A stretch of 62,880 nucleotides of DNA from a virus, in IMG/VR virus record IMGVR_UViG_3300038468_000027, positions 1-62,880 of that record; one strand, 5' to 3'. The notes beneath the pieces are model-generated. The model saw only the letters and a list, made by a program, of their open reading frames with translations. It was not told the DNA's origin and did not search any database. This document shows, one piece after another, positions 8,228-16,150 of this stretch (positions are counted from its first letter, which is position 1; each line of letters begins with the position of its first letter). Both the position numbers and the translations under genes were made by a program.

Positions 8228-8566
8228 ATGACCACCACCAAACAGCCCCTTCCTCTCACCGAGATCAGCGACCCCTCGGACCTCACCCCGGCCCAGCGCC
8301 TTTCCCTGCACCTATCCGCCCCAGCGTGGATGGGAGGATTGCGCGGAGAGGTGCGGATGATCCGCGGGACTCTTGTTTCCGTTCGATCGGGGTACTCCGA
8401 TCGGCTTCTCCACCAGTGCTGCGTCTGCGGCGATTTCAGGGACGCTGAGGGCTGGTCCTCCGGATCCGCTCTCAGGCAGCACCGCATCAGTCACGGGCTC
8501 TGTCCAACCTGTAGGTCCGACTACTACGGCGACAGGGCGCGTCTGATGGAGGGGGTCGCATCATGA
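8228..8566 (+). CDS. Cys-containing hypothetical protein
   Basis: GAGG upstream of ATG 8228; CCVCG ... CPTC. Confidence 0.55.
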   Translation: MTTTKQPLPLTEISDPSDLTPAQRLSLHLSAPAWMGGLRGEVRMIRGTLVSVRSGYSDRLLHQCCVCGDFRDAEGWSSGSALRQHRISHGLCPTCRSDYYGDRARLMEGVAS

Positions 8567-8775
8567 TCCACATCATGTCGCACAAGACCATCCCGGACCG
8601 CTGGATCATCGTCACGGTGATCGGCGGGACTGTCGATCGCCGGGAGGTGGACGGATTCGGCGCCGTCCGTGCCGCGGTCGAGGGGATGCCGCGGGAGGCT
8701 CTCAATGCGATCTGTGCGGCTTCATCCCCAGATAGGCAGGAGTTGACAATCAACCCGCGAGACTCTATATTATGA
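8563..8775 (+). CDS. Hypothetical protein
   Basis: ATGA overlap with the previous gene. Confidence 0.55.
   Translation: MIHIMSHKTIPDRWIIVTVIGGTVDRREVDGFGAVRAAVEGMPREALNAICAASSPDRQELTINPRDSIL
8743..8771 (+). promoter_or_regulatory. Consensus-like sigma70 promoter TTGACA-N17-TATATT
   Basis: -35 at 8743..8748, 17-nt spacer, -10 at 8766..8771. Confidence 0.7.
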
Positions 8776-8777
8776 GC

Positions 8778-8980
8778 AGATCTTTGCCATACGATTCAAT
8801 CTCCGCCTGTGTGCGCAGGCCGTGGGAACCAGAAGAGCCGTTCGGTTCACCCCCACTTTTCCCTGCGCACACAGGGCGATGTGAAGGCAATGGACCGAAT
8901 GGCTCTTTTGCTTTCTACGGCAACCCCCGAGGCGTAAAGGCGGGGACCGCCGGCCCCGAGGGCGGGCGGTTCTTTTCTCT
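8778..8980 (+). ncRNA. Candidate ~200-nt structured non-coding RNA or regulatory leader
   Basis: Lies between the promoter and an intrinsic terminator. A 14-bp long-range stem pairs 8806..8819 (CCTGTGTGCGCAGG) with 8862..8875 (CCTGCGCACACAGG). An inner hairpin pairs GAACC with GGTTC. The overlapping 100-aa ORF is low-complexity and reads through the terminator. Confidence 0.45.
8946..8980 (+). terminator. Rho-independent terminator
   Basis: ACCGCCGGCCC-CGA-GGCGGGCGGT stem (10 bp, one G.G mismatch), followed by TCTTTTCTCTCTC and a long pyrimidine tract. Confidence 0.6.
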
Positions 8981-9084
8981 CTCTTCTCTTTTCTTTTTCC
9001 CTTCTTACAGTGTCAACACGTTTCTTCCCTTGTTTCTTTTCGGGCAATCGCAGGACACGCCCCGAAAACGGTAGGAGGTGTCCG

Positions 9085-9246
9085 ATGTCGCATGATCGGC
9101 CGGCCATACTCGGCATTCTCGTTGGGTGCATCGTCGTGATTGTGGTGGTCATGTGGGCGGTCGAGCCTGGGTCATGGCTTCAAATCTGGACCATCCGCGC
9201 GCAACTGGTCTTGCAGGAGTGGCAATCGCACCTAAACGGGAGGTAA
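9085..9246 (+). CDS. Small membrane protein
   Basis: AGGAGG upstream of ATG 9085; ILGILVGCIVVIVVVMWAV TM helix. Confidence 0.6.
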   Translation: MSHDRPAILGILVGCIVVIVVVMWAVEPGSWLQIWTIRAQLVLQEWQSHLNGR

Positions 9247-9252
9247 GGACGC

Positions 9253-9555
9253 ATGAAAGAGCTTGCATCAATCGCGCGCAACTTCGGGCTGACGGAATCA
9301 GACGACGGACTTATCCCGATGGTCGAACTTGTGTTGACAGTATCAGAGCCGAAATATGAGCCCGATGACAGCGGCAGGATGATGCGTAGACGTCGATATG
9401 AAACCTTGCGCATTGGGATGCAGCGCCGGTCTCTGCGATTTTTGATGGACGATCTTGCTGACATCGACACACGTATGGAGGAAATGGAAAAGTTGATCGG
9501 CATCATCCGTCCGCCGGCAGAGTCAACCGTTGACACCAGCAAGGAGGGCGCATGA
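9253..9555 (+). CDS. Hypothetical protein
   Basis: ORF with GGGAGG upstream. Confidence 0.6.
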   Translation: MKELASIARNFGLTESDDGLIPMVELVLTVSEPKYEPDDSGRMMRRRRYETLRIGMQRRSLRFLMDDLADIDTRMEEMEKLIGIIRPPAESTVDTSKEGA

Positions 9556-9725
9556 TGTTCCGCAACTCACGCCGACAGTGGTTTCAGTCCTCTTCTGCCG
9601 GGTGCTATCCCGTCAACGATCGGGACCCGCAGAATGAGGTGGATGATTTCGACGAGGACGCGGAGAACGACAAGGCCGACGCGCAGGAGGAAGACGCCTG
9701 GGATCGGAGGTGGGATCGTGGCTGA
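9552..9725 (+). CDS. 57-aa highly acidic protein (not in the ORF track)
   Basis: AGGAGG 5 nt upstream of ATG 9552. DDFDEDAENDKADAQEEDAWD, with GC3-rich codons. The stop overlaps the next GTG start. Confidence 0.5.
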   Translation: MMFRNSRRQWFQSSSAGCYPVNDRDPQNEVDDFDEDAENDKADAQEEDAWDRRWDRG

Positions 9726-10026
9726 GTCTGTGTGGCAGGGGATTCTCAGAATCCTCCGGGACGGGCGCCGGCACACCGCGGCATCGATCGGGGACGCGCT
9801 CGGATGCCAGCACAACACGGTGCAGAGATACATCCACGATCTGCGCCACGGAGAGACGGTGGTGGGGACGGTCGATATACAGGACTCGCCGGTTGACGGA
9901 AAGCCATACAAGGAATATTGGTTGGCCGGGAAGGAAGATCCCTATCGGTCATGGCGCGACACTCTCGCGAGCTATCCGGCTGGCCATGTTGAAAAAGTGA
10001 AGTATGAAGCGATGATGGGAGCATGA
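9718..10026 (+). CDS. Winged-HTH-like DNA-binding protein
   Basis: GTG 9718 after GGAGG; ILRILRDGRRHTAASIGDALGCQHNTVQRYIHDL. Confidence 0.45.
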   Translation: MAESVWQGILRILRDGRRHTAASIGDALGCQHNTVQRYIHDLRHGETVVGTVDIQDSPVDGKPYKEYWLAGKEDPYRSWRDTLASYPAGHVEKVKYEAMMGA

Positions 10027-10094
10027 GTGCGACGAAGAGGCGCAACGGCGCACAGGAGAGGATGTGGAGAAGGATTGGAAATTAGGAGTACCTT

Positions 10095-10388
10095 ATGGAC
10101 GAGAAATTATTCCGTGAGTTAGACGAGGTTTCGCGTAAACTCGATGGGTTGTCACGGACAGTCGAGCACATCGCCTATCGTGCTAGTGGCAAGCGCGTCC
10201 CCCAGAATGTTGAATCAGGCCCACCAGCGTCTGAGCTAAAAGCCGCCATTGCAAAATTTACATTTGCGTTGGAATATCGCGGCGAAGCATGGGTATTGCA
10301 GGAAAAGAATGGTGGGTGCCGTCCAGCTACTATGTACGAAGTGGTGTTGTGGAGTTGTTTACAGCAGGCGGCTACTCAAAAGCCGTAG
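10095..10388 (+). CDS. Hypothetical protein
   Basis: ORF with AGGAG upstream. Confidence 0.55.
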   Translation: MDEKLFRELDEVSRKLDGLSRTVEHIAYRASGKRVPQNVESGPPASELKAAIAKFTFALEYRGEAWVLQEKNGGCRPATMYEVVLWSCLQQAATQKP

Positions 10389-10417
10389 CCAATTACCATT
10401 AACGAAAGGAAGGCGGC

Positions 10418-11719
10418 ATGAAGATCCTAAGATTCCTGGTGGAAAATGTTAAGGGCATTCGCGTACTTTTCTTTGATGCGCTCGGAGATTTGATCACACT
10501 CTCCGGAAAAAATGGCGCGGGGAAATCAGCCGCGCTCGATGCGATTGAGGCGGTCTTGGTCGGCGGTCCCCTCCCGGTGCGCAACGGGGAGTCCAGGGCA
10601 AAGGTGGAAATACAACTCGGGGAATACACTCTGACCAGAACGGTCACTGATAAGACGGATCGGTTCATTGTGAAAAATAGGGACGGTGCAACGTATCCAT
10701 CCCCGAGGAAGTTTCTGTCTGATATTGTCGGCCCGATCGCGATCAGACCACTCGCGTTCGCCAGTCTCAAGACGAAAGAACAACTCGACGTGCTCTTCGG
10801 CCTGCTCCCAGAACTCAAGGAAGGGCTCGACGTGGCGGAGAAGCGCATCTCCGAGATCAAGCAGACGAGGAGCGACTTGCTGCGCGATCAGAACCGGCTA
10901 AAGGTGGAGCTCGAGAAGGCGCCTGCGGAGGACCCGGGCAGCGAGGTTGACATCAAGACCCTTACCGATCAACTCGCCGCGGCCATGCAGGAGAACCGCA
11001 TCAGGGCGGAACGCCGGAGTGCGGCGCACCGCAAGGAAGACGACCTCCATCATCTGGGTACCGACAAAGAAGCGGTGACGAAGGAGATACGAGAAATCAA
11101 CACGCGCCTGGAAACACTCCAGAAAAAAATCGCGGCCATGACCGAGCGCGAGAAGACGCTCTCCGCCGAGATCGCTGCGGCTATCGACGCGCCGGAGGAC
11201 ATCGACACCGACCAGATTGCGCGCGCGATCGACGACGCAGAAGACCACAACCGCAAGGTGCGGGCCATGGCCCAGATCCGGGAGAAGCGCGTCCTCCTGG
11301 ATCAACTCGCAGGAAAGTTCTCGGCGGCCGGCGATGACCTCAAGGAAGCCGAGGCCGACAAGGCGATGCTACTCAGGACCGCTCTCATGCCGATCGACGG
11401 CCTCGGGGTCACGGAGGGCGCCGTCACCTACAAGGGGATCCCGGTGTCGGACCTCAGCACCTCGGAGAAGGTCCGGGTCGGCGCCGCGATTGCGGTTGCC
11501 CAGAACCCGAAGGCGCGGGTGATCCTTTGCGACGACATCAGCCTGCTTGACTCGAAGAGCCTGGCGACGCTGCATGAGATCTGCGCGGGTTTCCAGATCT
11601 GGCAAGTTGTCAACGACGAGAGCGGGACCAAGGGCTTTTACATCGAGGATGGAACGATCAAGGAATCGGAGAAGACGGCAGAGAACGTCCTGAAGTTCCC
11701 GGAGGTGGGGGAGAACTGA
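10418..11719 (+). CDS. SMC/SbcC/RecF-like ABC-type ATPase with coiled-coil insert
   Basis: Walker A GKNGAGKS near the N-terminus, a central heptad-rich segment, and Walker B ARVILCDDISLLD near the C-terminus. Confidence 0.75.
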   Translation: MKILRFLVENVKGIRVLFFDALGDLITLSGKNGAGKSAALDAIEAVLVGGPLPVRNGESRAKVEIQLGEYTLTRTVTDKTDRFIVKNRDGATYPSPRKFLSDIVGPIAIRPLAFASLKTKEQLDVLFGLLPELKEGLDVAEKRISEIKQTRSDLLRDQNRLKVELEKAPAEDPGSEVDIKTLTDQLAAAMQENRIRAERRSAAHRKEDDLHHLGTDKEAVTKEIREINTRLETLQKKIAAMTEREKTLSAEIAAAIDAPEDIDTDQIARAIDDAEDHNRKVRAMAQIREKRVLLDQLAGKFSAAGDDLKEAEADKAMLLRTALMPIDGLGVTEGAVTYKGIPVSDLSTSEKVRVGAAIAVAQNPKARVILCDDISLLDSKSLATLHEICAGFQIWQVVNDESGTKGFYIEDGTIKESEKTAENVLKFPEVGEN

Positions 11720-11832
11720 GCGCCGGCCATCATCCGGTATTCACGGAAAGGAGGAGCGAGGCAAGAAATGTCGATGCGGGATGTCAACAACCACACACAC
11801 GCGGCGCAATGCGCCAAAAAAGGTTGACGATT

Positions 11833-12456
11833 ATGGAAAAGCAAGTGCAAATCAAAGCCCCGAATATCAAGACAGCGGTTTTCTCAATCAAGGGAACGGC
11901 CCCGCTGGTCGTGCATCGGTTCTCCCACAAGGCGCAGCTCGGCATGCTCCAGAAGATGGAACTCGGAAGCGTCGCCAAGAAGGGAAAGCAGCGTGAGGCC
12001 GCCGACCTTGACGAAGTGTTCAATGAGGCGCGCTATCACGCCAAGGAGGGATGGGACGGCTTTAACGCATCCGGATTGAGATGCGCGTTGATTTCCGCAT
12101 GCCGTTTAGTCGGATTCAAGATGACCCTGGCGAAGATGTCGGTCTTCGTGGTTCAGGACGGATGGGACGAGGTTGAGCCGCAGATTCCGCTTGTGCGCAT
12201 CTACGGGAAGGCGCGCAGGCTCGACATGCACGCGCGGGTTGAGACGGGGCAGGCGTACATGACCGTGCGCCCGTGCTATGACGACTGGTCTGCGAAGGTG
12301 ACGGTCAGATTCGACGCGGATCAGTTCAGCGTTGACGATGTGACCAACCTCCTCATGAGGGTCGGGACTCAGGTGGGGCTCTGCGAGGGCCGACCGGACA
12401 GCAAGAACAGCGCCGGGATGGGCTGGGGCACGTTCATCGTTAGCAATACGAAGTAA
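11833..12456 (+). CDS. Hypothetical protein (207 aa), partner of the SMC-like ATPase
   Basis: ORF; no motif recognised. Confidence 0.6.
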   Translation: MEKQVQIKAPNIKTAVFSIKGTAPLVVHRFSHKAQLGMLQKMELGSVAKKGKQREAADLDEVFNEARYHAKEGWDGFNASGLRCALISACRLVGFKMTLAKMSVFVVQDGWDEVEPQIPLVRIYGKARRLDMHARVETGQAYMTVRPCYDDWSAKVTVRFDADQFSVDDVTNLLMRVGTQVGLCEGRPDSKNSAGMGWGTFIVSNTK

Positions 12457-12484
12457 GACCAAAAAACTGGGAGGGGCACGGATT

Positions 12485-12725
12485 GGTACGGAGTAGTGAG
12501 GTGCGGCAAAACAAGGATAGGCATGGCAGGCATGGAGAGAATCGGTCAGGATTTGCCGGGAGGGATCAGGCCGGGATCGGCAGGCGAGGAGTGGAGCGGA
12601 CGGGACTGGCCCGACAAGGATAGGATCGGAAATGCAGGAATGGCAAGGCGCAGCGTGGACGGGTCGGGTTGGGCTCGGTTAGGCCTGGACGGGTCGGGTC
12701 TGGACCGGTGGGGTTTGGAAAGTAG
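12485..12725 (+). repeat. G-skewed degenerate short-repeat block 1 (GG every 4-6 nt; 19 GGA motifs)
   Basis: Hand count on line 12541-12600 gives G 29, C 11 of 60. Repeated words: CAAGGATAGG x2, GGACGGGTCGGGT x2, TGGCAGGC. Several overlapping ORFs on both strands (3 on +, 3 on -) stay open across this and block 2, which is a composition artefact. Confidence 0.8.
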
Positions 12726-12734
12726 CTTGACAAT

Positions 12735-12758
12735 GGGCGGTGCCGCAAGGTGCCGCCC
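12735..12758 (+). terminator. GCAA-tetraloop hairpin (possible terminator or processing site) between G-rich blocks
   Basis: GGGCGGTGCC-GCAA-GGTGCCGCCC. Shares the 16-nt core GGTGCCGCAAGGTGCC with the terminator at 3100. Only TT follows, so terminator function is uncertain. Confidence 0.4.
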
Positions 12759-12761
12759 TTC

Positions 12762-12960
12762 ATGGATTGGCAGGCGCGGTTTGGCGGGGCGAGGATTGGC
12801 TCGGAGAGGTACGGAGTGGTTTGGCAGGCAGGGCGAGGCCCGGTAAGGTCGGGAAGGGCTGGGCCGGACAGTCTTGGATCGGTCGGGATAGGTCGGGTAA
12901 GGCAGGAGAGGCTGGGCGAGGCGAGGCCGGGCATCGCCGGGCAATGCTGGTTCGGAACCA
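12762..12960 (+). repeat. G-skewed degenerate short-repeat block 2 (10 GGA motifs)
   Basis: GGTTTGGC x2, GGTCGGG x3, GGCGAGG x3; same GGNNN-like cadence. Confidence 0.75.
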
Positions 12961-12982
12961 CAACATCAACAGAAAGGGCGGT

Positions 12983-13438
12983 ATGAACAAAGCAGCGGTC
13001 AAGAAGCGATACATCACCAATCCAGCGATCATCGAGGAGCTTCGTTCTCTCGTGTCGAGAAAGGGAATCCTGAAGCCCGAGGACGTGGTAGAGAAGGCGC
13101 GTGATCCGAAGTCAGCCATGCACGATTCCTTTGTGTGGGACGACACGCGCGCAGCAGAACTCTATCGCATCGAGCAGGCCCGCGGCCTTCTCCAGATCAC
13201 GGTGGAGATGTTGTCGGAGAACAGCGACCATCCCACGCGCGTCTTTGTATCCCTGAGCAATGATAGAACGCGAGGGGGATACAGATCCATGGTGGAGGTA
13301 CTGAGCGACAAAGAACTGCGGGCGCGCTTGCTCAGAGATGCTCTCGACGAGATGCAGCGATTCGAGCAGCGATATCACGACCTCAAAGAGCTTGCCGCCG
13401 TGTTCGCAGCGGTCAGGCGGGTGCGTGCGAAGCGGTAA
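12983..13438 (+). CDS. Hypothetical protein (151 aa) flanked by G-rich blocks
   Basis: AGGGCGG upstream of ATG 12983. The sequence looks like a normal globular protein (FVWDDTRAAELYRIEQARGLL...). Confidence 0.65.
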   Translation: MNKAAVKKRYITNPAIIEELRSLVSRKGILKPEDVVEKARDPKSAMHDSFVWDDTRAAELYRIEQARGLLQITVEMLSENSDHPTRVFVSLSNDRTRGGYRSMVEVLSDKELRARLLRDALDEMQRFEQRYHDLKELAAVFAAVRRVRAKR

Positions 13439-13444
13439 AGCAAT

Positions 13445-13590
13445 CGCGGATGGGCGTGGTTGGGATGGGCAGGTCAGGCGCGGACGGTTATGGCAAGTCC
13501 TGGCGGGGTTTGGCAGGAATGGAGCGACAGGGCAAGGACAGGTCAGGAAGGATGAGGACTGGGTTGGAATGGACAGGTGGGGCAGGCAAT
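13445..13590 (+). repeat. G-skewed degenerate short-repeat block 3 (11 GGA motifs)
   Basis: CAGGAATGGA, CAGGAAGGATGAGGA, TTGGAATGGACAGG; C-poor. Confidence 0.75.
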
Positions 13591-13627
13591 TCTTGACATC
13601 ACGCCGGTAACGAAAAAGGGACCACGC

Positions 13628-13888
13628 ATGAAAACCCGTCCCTGCCGCGGTTGCGGCTGGCCCATGCCGGCACTACCCGGCAAGATCTACGGCATCCGGT
13701 GCGGTTGTGCGTATTGGTACACGCTGCGGCAGGCAGCGCGCAGGAAGCGGGCACAGCACGATCCGGAGGCCGAGCGCCGGAGGAAGGGCGGACCAACGCG
13801 GCTATTGAGAATCAATGGGGAATGGGTGCGCATTTCGAGGAGGCGGCGGCGATCATCCAGAAAAGAGGTTCGGCATGTTGATGCCTGA
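13628..13888 (+). CDS. Small basic Cys-containing protein
   Basis: CRGCGW ... CGC; Arg-rich tail. Confidence 0.5.
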   Translation: MKTRPCRGCGWPMPALPGKIYGIRCGCAYWYTLRQAARRKRAQHDPEAERRRKGGPTRLLRINGEWVRISRRRRRSSRKEVRHVDA

Positions 13889-14489
13889 GACAATCGAATC
13901 CTTCTGCTCAGATGACCCGGTGATGCTTCGCGGTATACTCCTCAAGCCCTTCAACGTCGGTGCGTACACCTACGCGGCTGATAGGACCGTCGCCATCAGG
14001 ATAGATCGAAGAGAGAAGTACGACGACAATCCGCGGAAGGAAAGCATCGTAGGGTGCGGATGGATGGAGAACGTGCCGGAGACGCTATACGAATCCCTCC
14101 CCGCATTCGACGCGACTCCTGAACTCATTACGTGTCCCGACTGCAAGGGGGAGACAAAGAATGCCAATTGCAGCGATTGCGACGGTGACGGCAATCTGTG
14201 CTGGTACTCACGATCCGGGATACGATACGAGGAGGAATGTGATCTATGCAATGGTACCGGGAAACAGCCGGTGTGCGAATTGTGCGACGGAGCAGGAAAG
14301 ATCCAGAAGCCAAAATGGGTTGACATGGGAACGAAGCGACTCAACGTCCGGCTTCTGGAGAAAATGGCAAGACTTCCGAATGTGAAGATCGCGACAGAGG
14401 CGGTTGATGGGCTAACAGCAATCCCATTCCGCTTCGATGGTGGAATCGGAATCGTCATGCCAATGAGAAAAGAAGTGGACATAACCTGA
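13875..14489 (+). CDS. Protein with DnaJ-type CxxCxGxG zinc-finger repeats
   Basis: CPDCKGE, CSDCDGDG, CDLCNGTG, CELCDGAG in the central part. Confidence 0.6.
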   Translation: MLMPETIESFCSDDPVMLRGILLKPFNVGAYTYAADRTVAIRIDRREKYDDNPRKESIVGCGWMENVPETLYESLPAFDATPELITCPDCKGETKNANCSDCDGDGNLCWYSRSGIRYEEECDLCNGTGKQPVCELCDGAGKIQKPKWVDMGTKRLNVRLLEKMARLPNVKIATEAVDGLTAIPFRFDGGIGIVMPMRKEVDIT

Positions 14490-14677
14490 TGGAAGCATCG
14501 CTCGCACAGCGCCGTTATCTCTTCAATCTCCGGATCTCCCTGGGATGGCCGATCAAAGGTATCAGGGAGATGGATTCACGACAGGCGTCCCTTGCGATCG
14601 ACGAGGCGAAGGAGGAACTTTTGAGACGCAATGCGCGCGGCAACGTCGGGGAGAATGGGGAGCAGGATGCTGAGTGA
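14489..14677 (+). CDS. Hypothetical protein
   Basis: ORF with TGATG junction to the previous gene. Confidence 0.5.
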   Translation: MEASLAQRRYLFNLRISLGWPIKGIREMDSRQASLAIDEAKEELLRRNARGNVGENGEQDAE

Positions 14678-15254
14678 GGGCGACATCCAGATCGCACTTT
14701 TCCATTACTGCCATGCGAAGCGCCATGTTTACATGACGCCGAACGTATATCTTTACGATTGGGAAAGCGACTTCATCAGTCTAACCAAGGCAGGAACCGT
14801 GTGGGAGTACGAGATCAAGACATCCCGCCAGGACTTCAAGAAGGACGCCGGTAAGGTCGGGAGGCACCAAGGACTTGAAACGGGATCGCGAGATCCGGAC
14901 GAAGACGAAAGAAGGAGCCTCTCTTCCGGCGGATATTATTGGGACTGGATTCGGAAAAAGATGGACGCATCCGGAAGGATCGCTGTAAGGAGACCGAACT
15001 ATTTCTTCTACGTGGTTCCGGAAGGGCTGATCTCCATTGATGAGGTTCCAAAATACGCAGGACTGATCTATGTCAAGCAAGAGAAGGCGATAAACTGGCC
15101 CCTGTGCTTTCCTGTGAAGCTCCCCATCGAGAGGCCTGCACCGCGGTTGCACAGCGACCCGATTGACATCACAAGAGAAAATGCGATAATCGAGAGCCAC
15201 TATTGGAAATACTGGAAGCTTCGTCTATCCCGCGCAGGGGTTGGAGGAATATGA
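14667..15254 (+). CDS. MmcB-like PD-(D/E)xK nuclease-fold protein
   Basis: ESDFISLTKAGTVWEYEIKTSRQDFKKD matches the D..ExK core as in the MmcB family. Confidence 0.5.
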   Translation: MLSEGDIQIALFHYCHAKRHVYMTPNVYLYDWESDFISLTKAGTVWEYEIKTSRQDFKKDAGKVGRHQGLETGSRDPDEDERRSLSSGGYYWDWIRKKMDASGRIAVRRPNYFFYVVPEGLISIDEVPKYAGLIYVKQEKAINWPLCFPVKLPIERPAPRLHSDPIDITRENAIIESHYWKYWKLRLSRAGVGGI

Positions 15255-15685
15255 AAGCGATTACTCTCTATCAACCGTGGGCGACATGGATTGCTCTTGG
15301 CCTCAAAACAATCGAGACGCGGACCCACGCGCGCTTCCGAAACCTACTCGGTCAGAAAATCGCCATCCATGCCGGCCAGCGATTTGATCCGAGCGCACTG
15401 GCGCAGGCGCGGGCGTGGTGCGGATGGAAGGAAACCCCATCGGCGATACGATACATGAGCGATCATGACTATCCCCACGGGCTGATAGTCTGCACGGCCA
15501 CGGTCCTGTCCGCTCGGTGGCTTCTCCCCGGTGACTCGACTGCGGCCATGACTGCGACTGTGGGCAAGTTCGGTCTTGTCCTGGGGGACATTCATCCACT
15601 AGTCTCCCCGCTGCGGTGGATTGGGCTCCAGGGGATATTCGACGTGCCGGATCAGTTGATTTATGCGAAAGAAGGCATCCTATGA
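15251..15685 (+). CDS. ASCH domain protein
   Basis: MKAITLYQPWATWIALGLKTIETR is a typical ASCH N-terminus. Confidence 0.6.
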   Translation: MKAITLYQPWATWIALGLKTIETRTHARFRNLLGQKIAIHAGQRFDPSALAQARAWCGWKETPSAIRYMSDHDYPHGLIVCTATVLSARWLLPGDSTAAMTATVGKFGLVLGDIHPLVSPLRWIGLQGIFDVPDQLIYAKEGIL

Positions 15686-15930
15686 CCGACGGCGACCGCG
15701 CGTTTGCAGGGGGCTGCCTCATTGCTCTATACCGGGACATTGCGGGTGAACCCCGCACACAGCACACCCCGGCCCATGCAGCCGAGACAATCAACGCCGT
15801 ACTCAGGTACGCGGACAGTATGGGCTGGGACATCGGCGAGATTGTCGGAGATGCGATGGGGGCCGAATTTGTCACCGCAGACCGAATCTGGGCATCCGTG
15901 ACGGGCTGGCTGCGCCGGCACATCCATTGA
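15682..15930 (+). CDS. Hypothetical protein
   Basis: ATGA-type overlap with the ASCH gene. Confidence 0.5.
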   Translation: MTDGDRAFAGGCLIALYRDIAGEPRTQHTPAHAAETINAVLRYADSMGWDIGEIVGDAMGAEFVTADRIWASVTGWLRRHIH

Positions 15931-15967
15931 TGTATTTTGAGGATACACGCACATTCAAGGGGCACCA

Positions 15968-16150
15968 ATGGACGACGACAAGCGCAAGCGGCGACTCTCC
16001 TACCCGGTCCGGCTCAATCACCCGCGGTTCCCGGGACTGGCGGAGAGGTTGGAGAAGGTGGTCCGGACGCACGGGAAGAAGAAGGGCGATGTGATTCTGG
16101 AGGGGACTGACATCCGCGTATCGCAACTGGAGAAGAAGGAACCGGTGTGA
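15968..16150 (+). CDS. Hypothetical basic protein
   Basis: ORF. Confidence 0.45.
   Translation: MDDDKRKRRLSYPVRLNHPRFPGLAERLEKVVRTHGKKKGDVILEGTDIRVSQLEKKEPV

Noticed and set aside
8772-9074. 100-aa ORF downstream of the consensus promoter
   Set aside because: It would be leaderless, reads through a strong hairpin/T-run terminator, and encodes a low-complexity Phe/Ser/Leu/Pro tail. I treated the region as non-coding RNA or a leader.
12496-12961. Overlapping ORFs of 78-232 aa on both strands across the G-rich region (12496..12846 +, the 5' extension of 12740..13438 +, 12750..12986 +, 12546..12944 -, 12566..12961 -, 12760..13146 -)
   Set aside because: They are open only because the sequence is stop-codon-poor low-complexity DNA. 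Translations are G/R/W/P repeats. Several mutually exclusive frames are open at once, and none has a convincing RBS.
12485-13592. CRISPR array
   Set aside because: There is no constant-length repeat alternating with unique spacers. The units are 4-15 nt, degenerate and contiguous. No cas genes are present.
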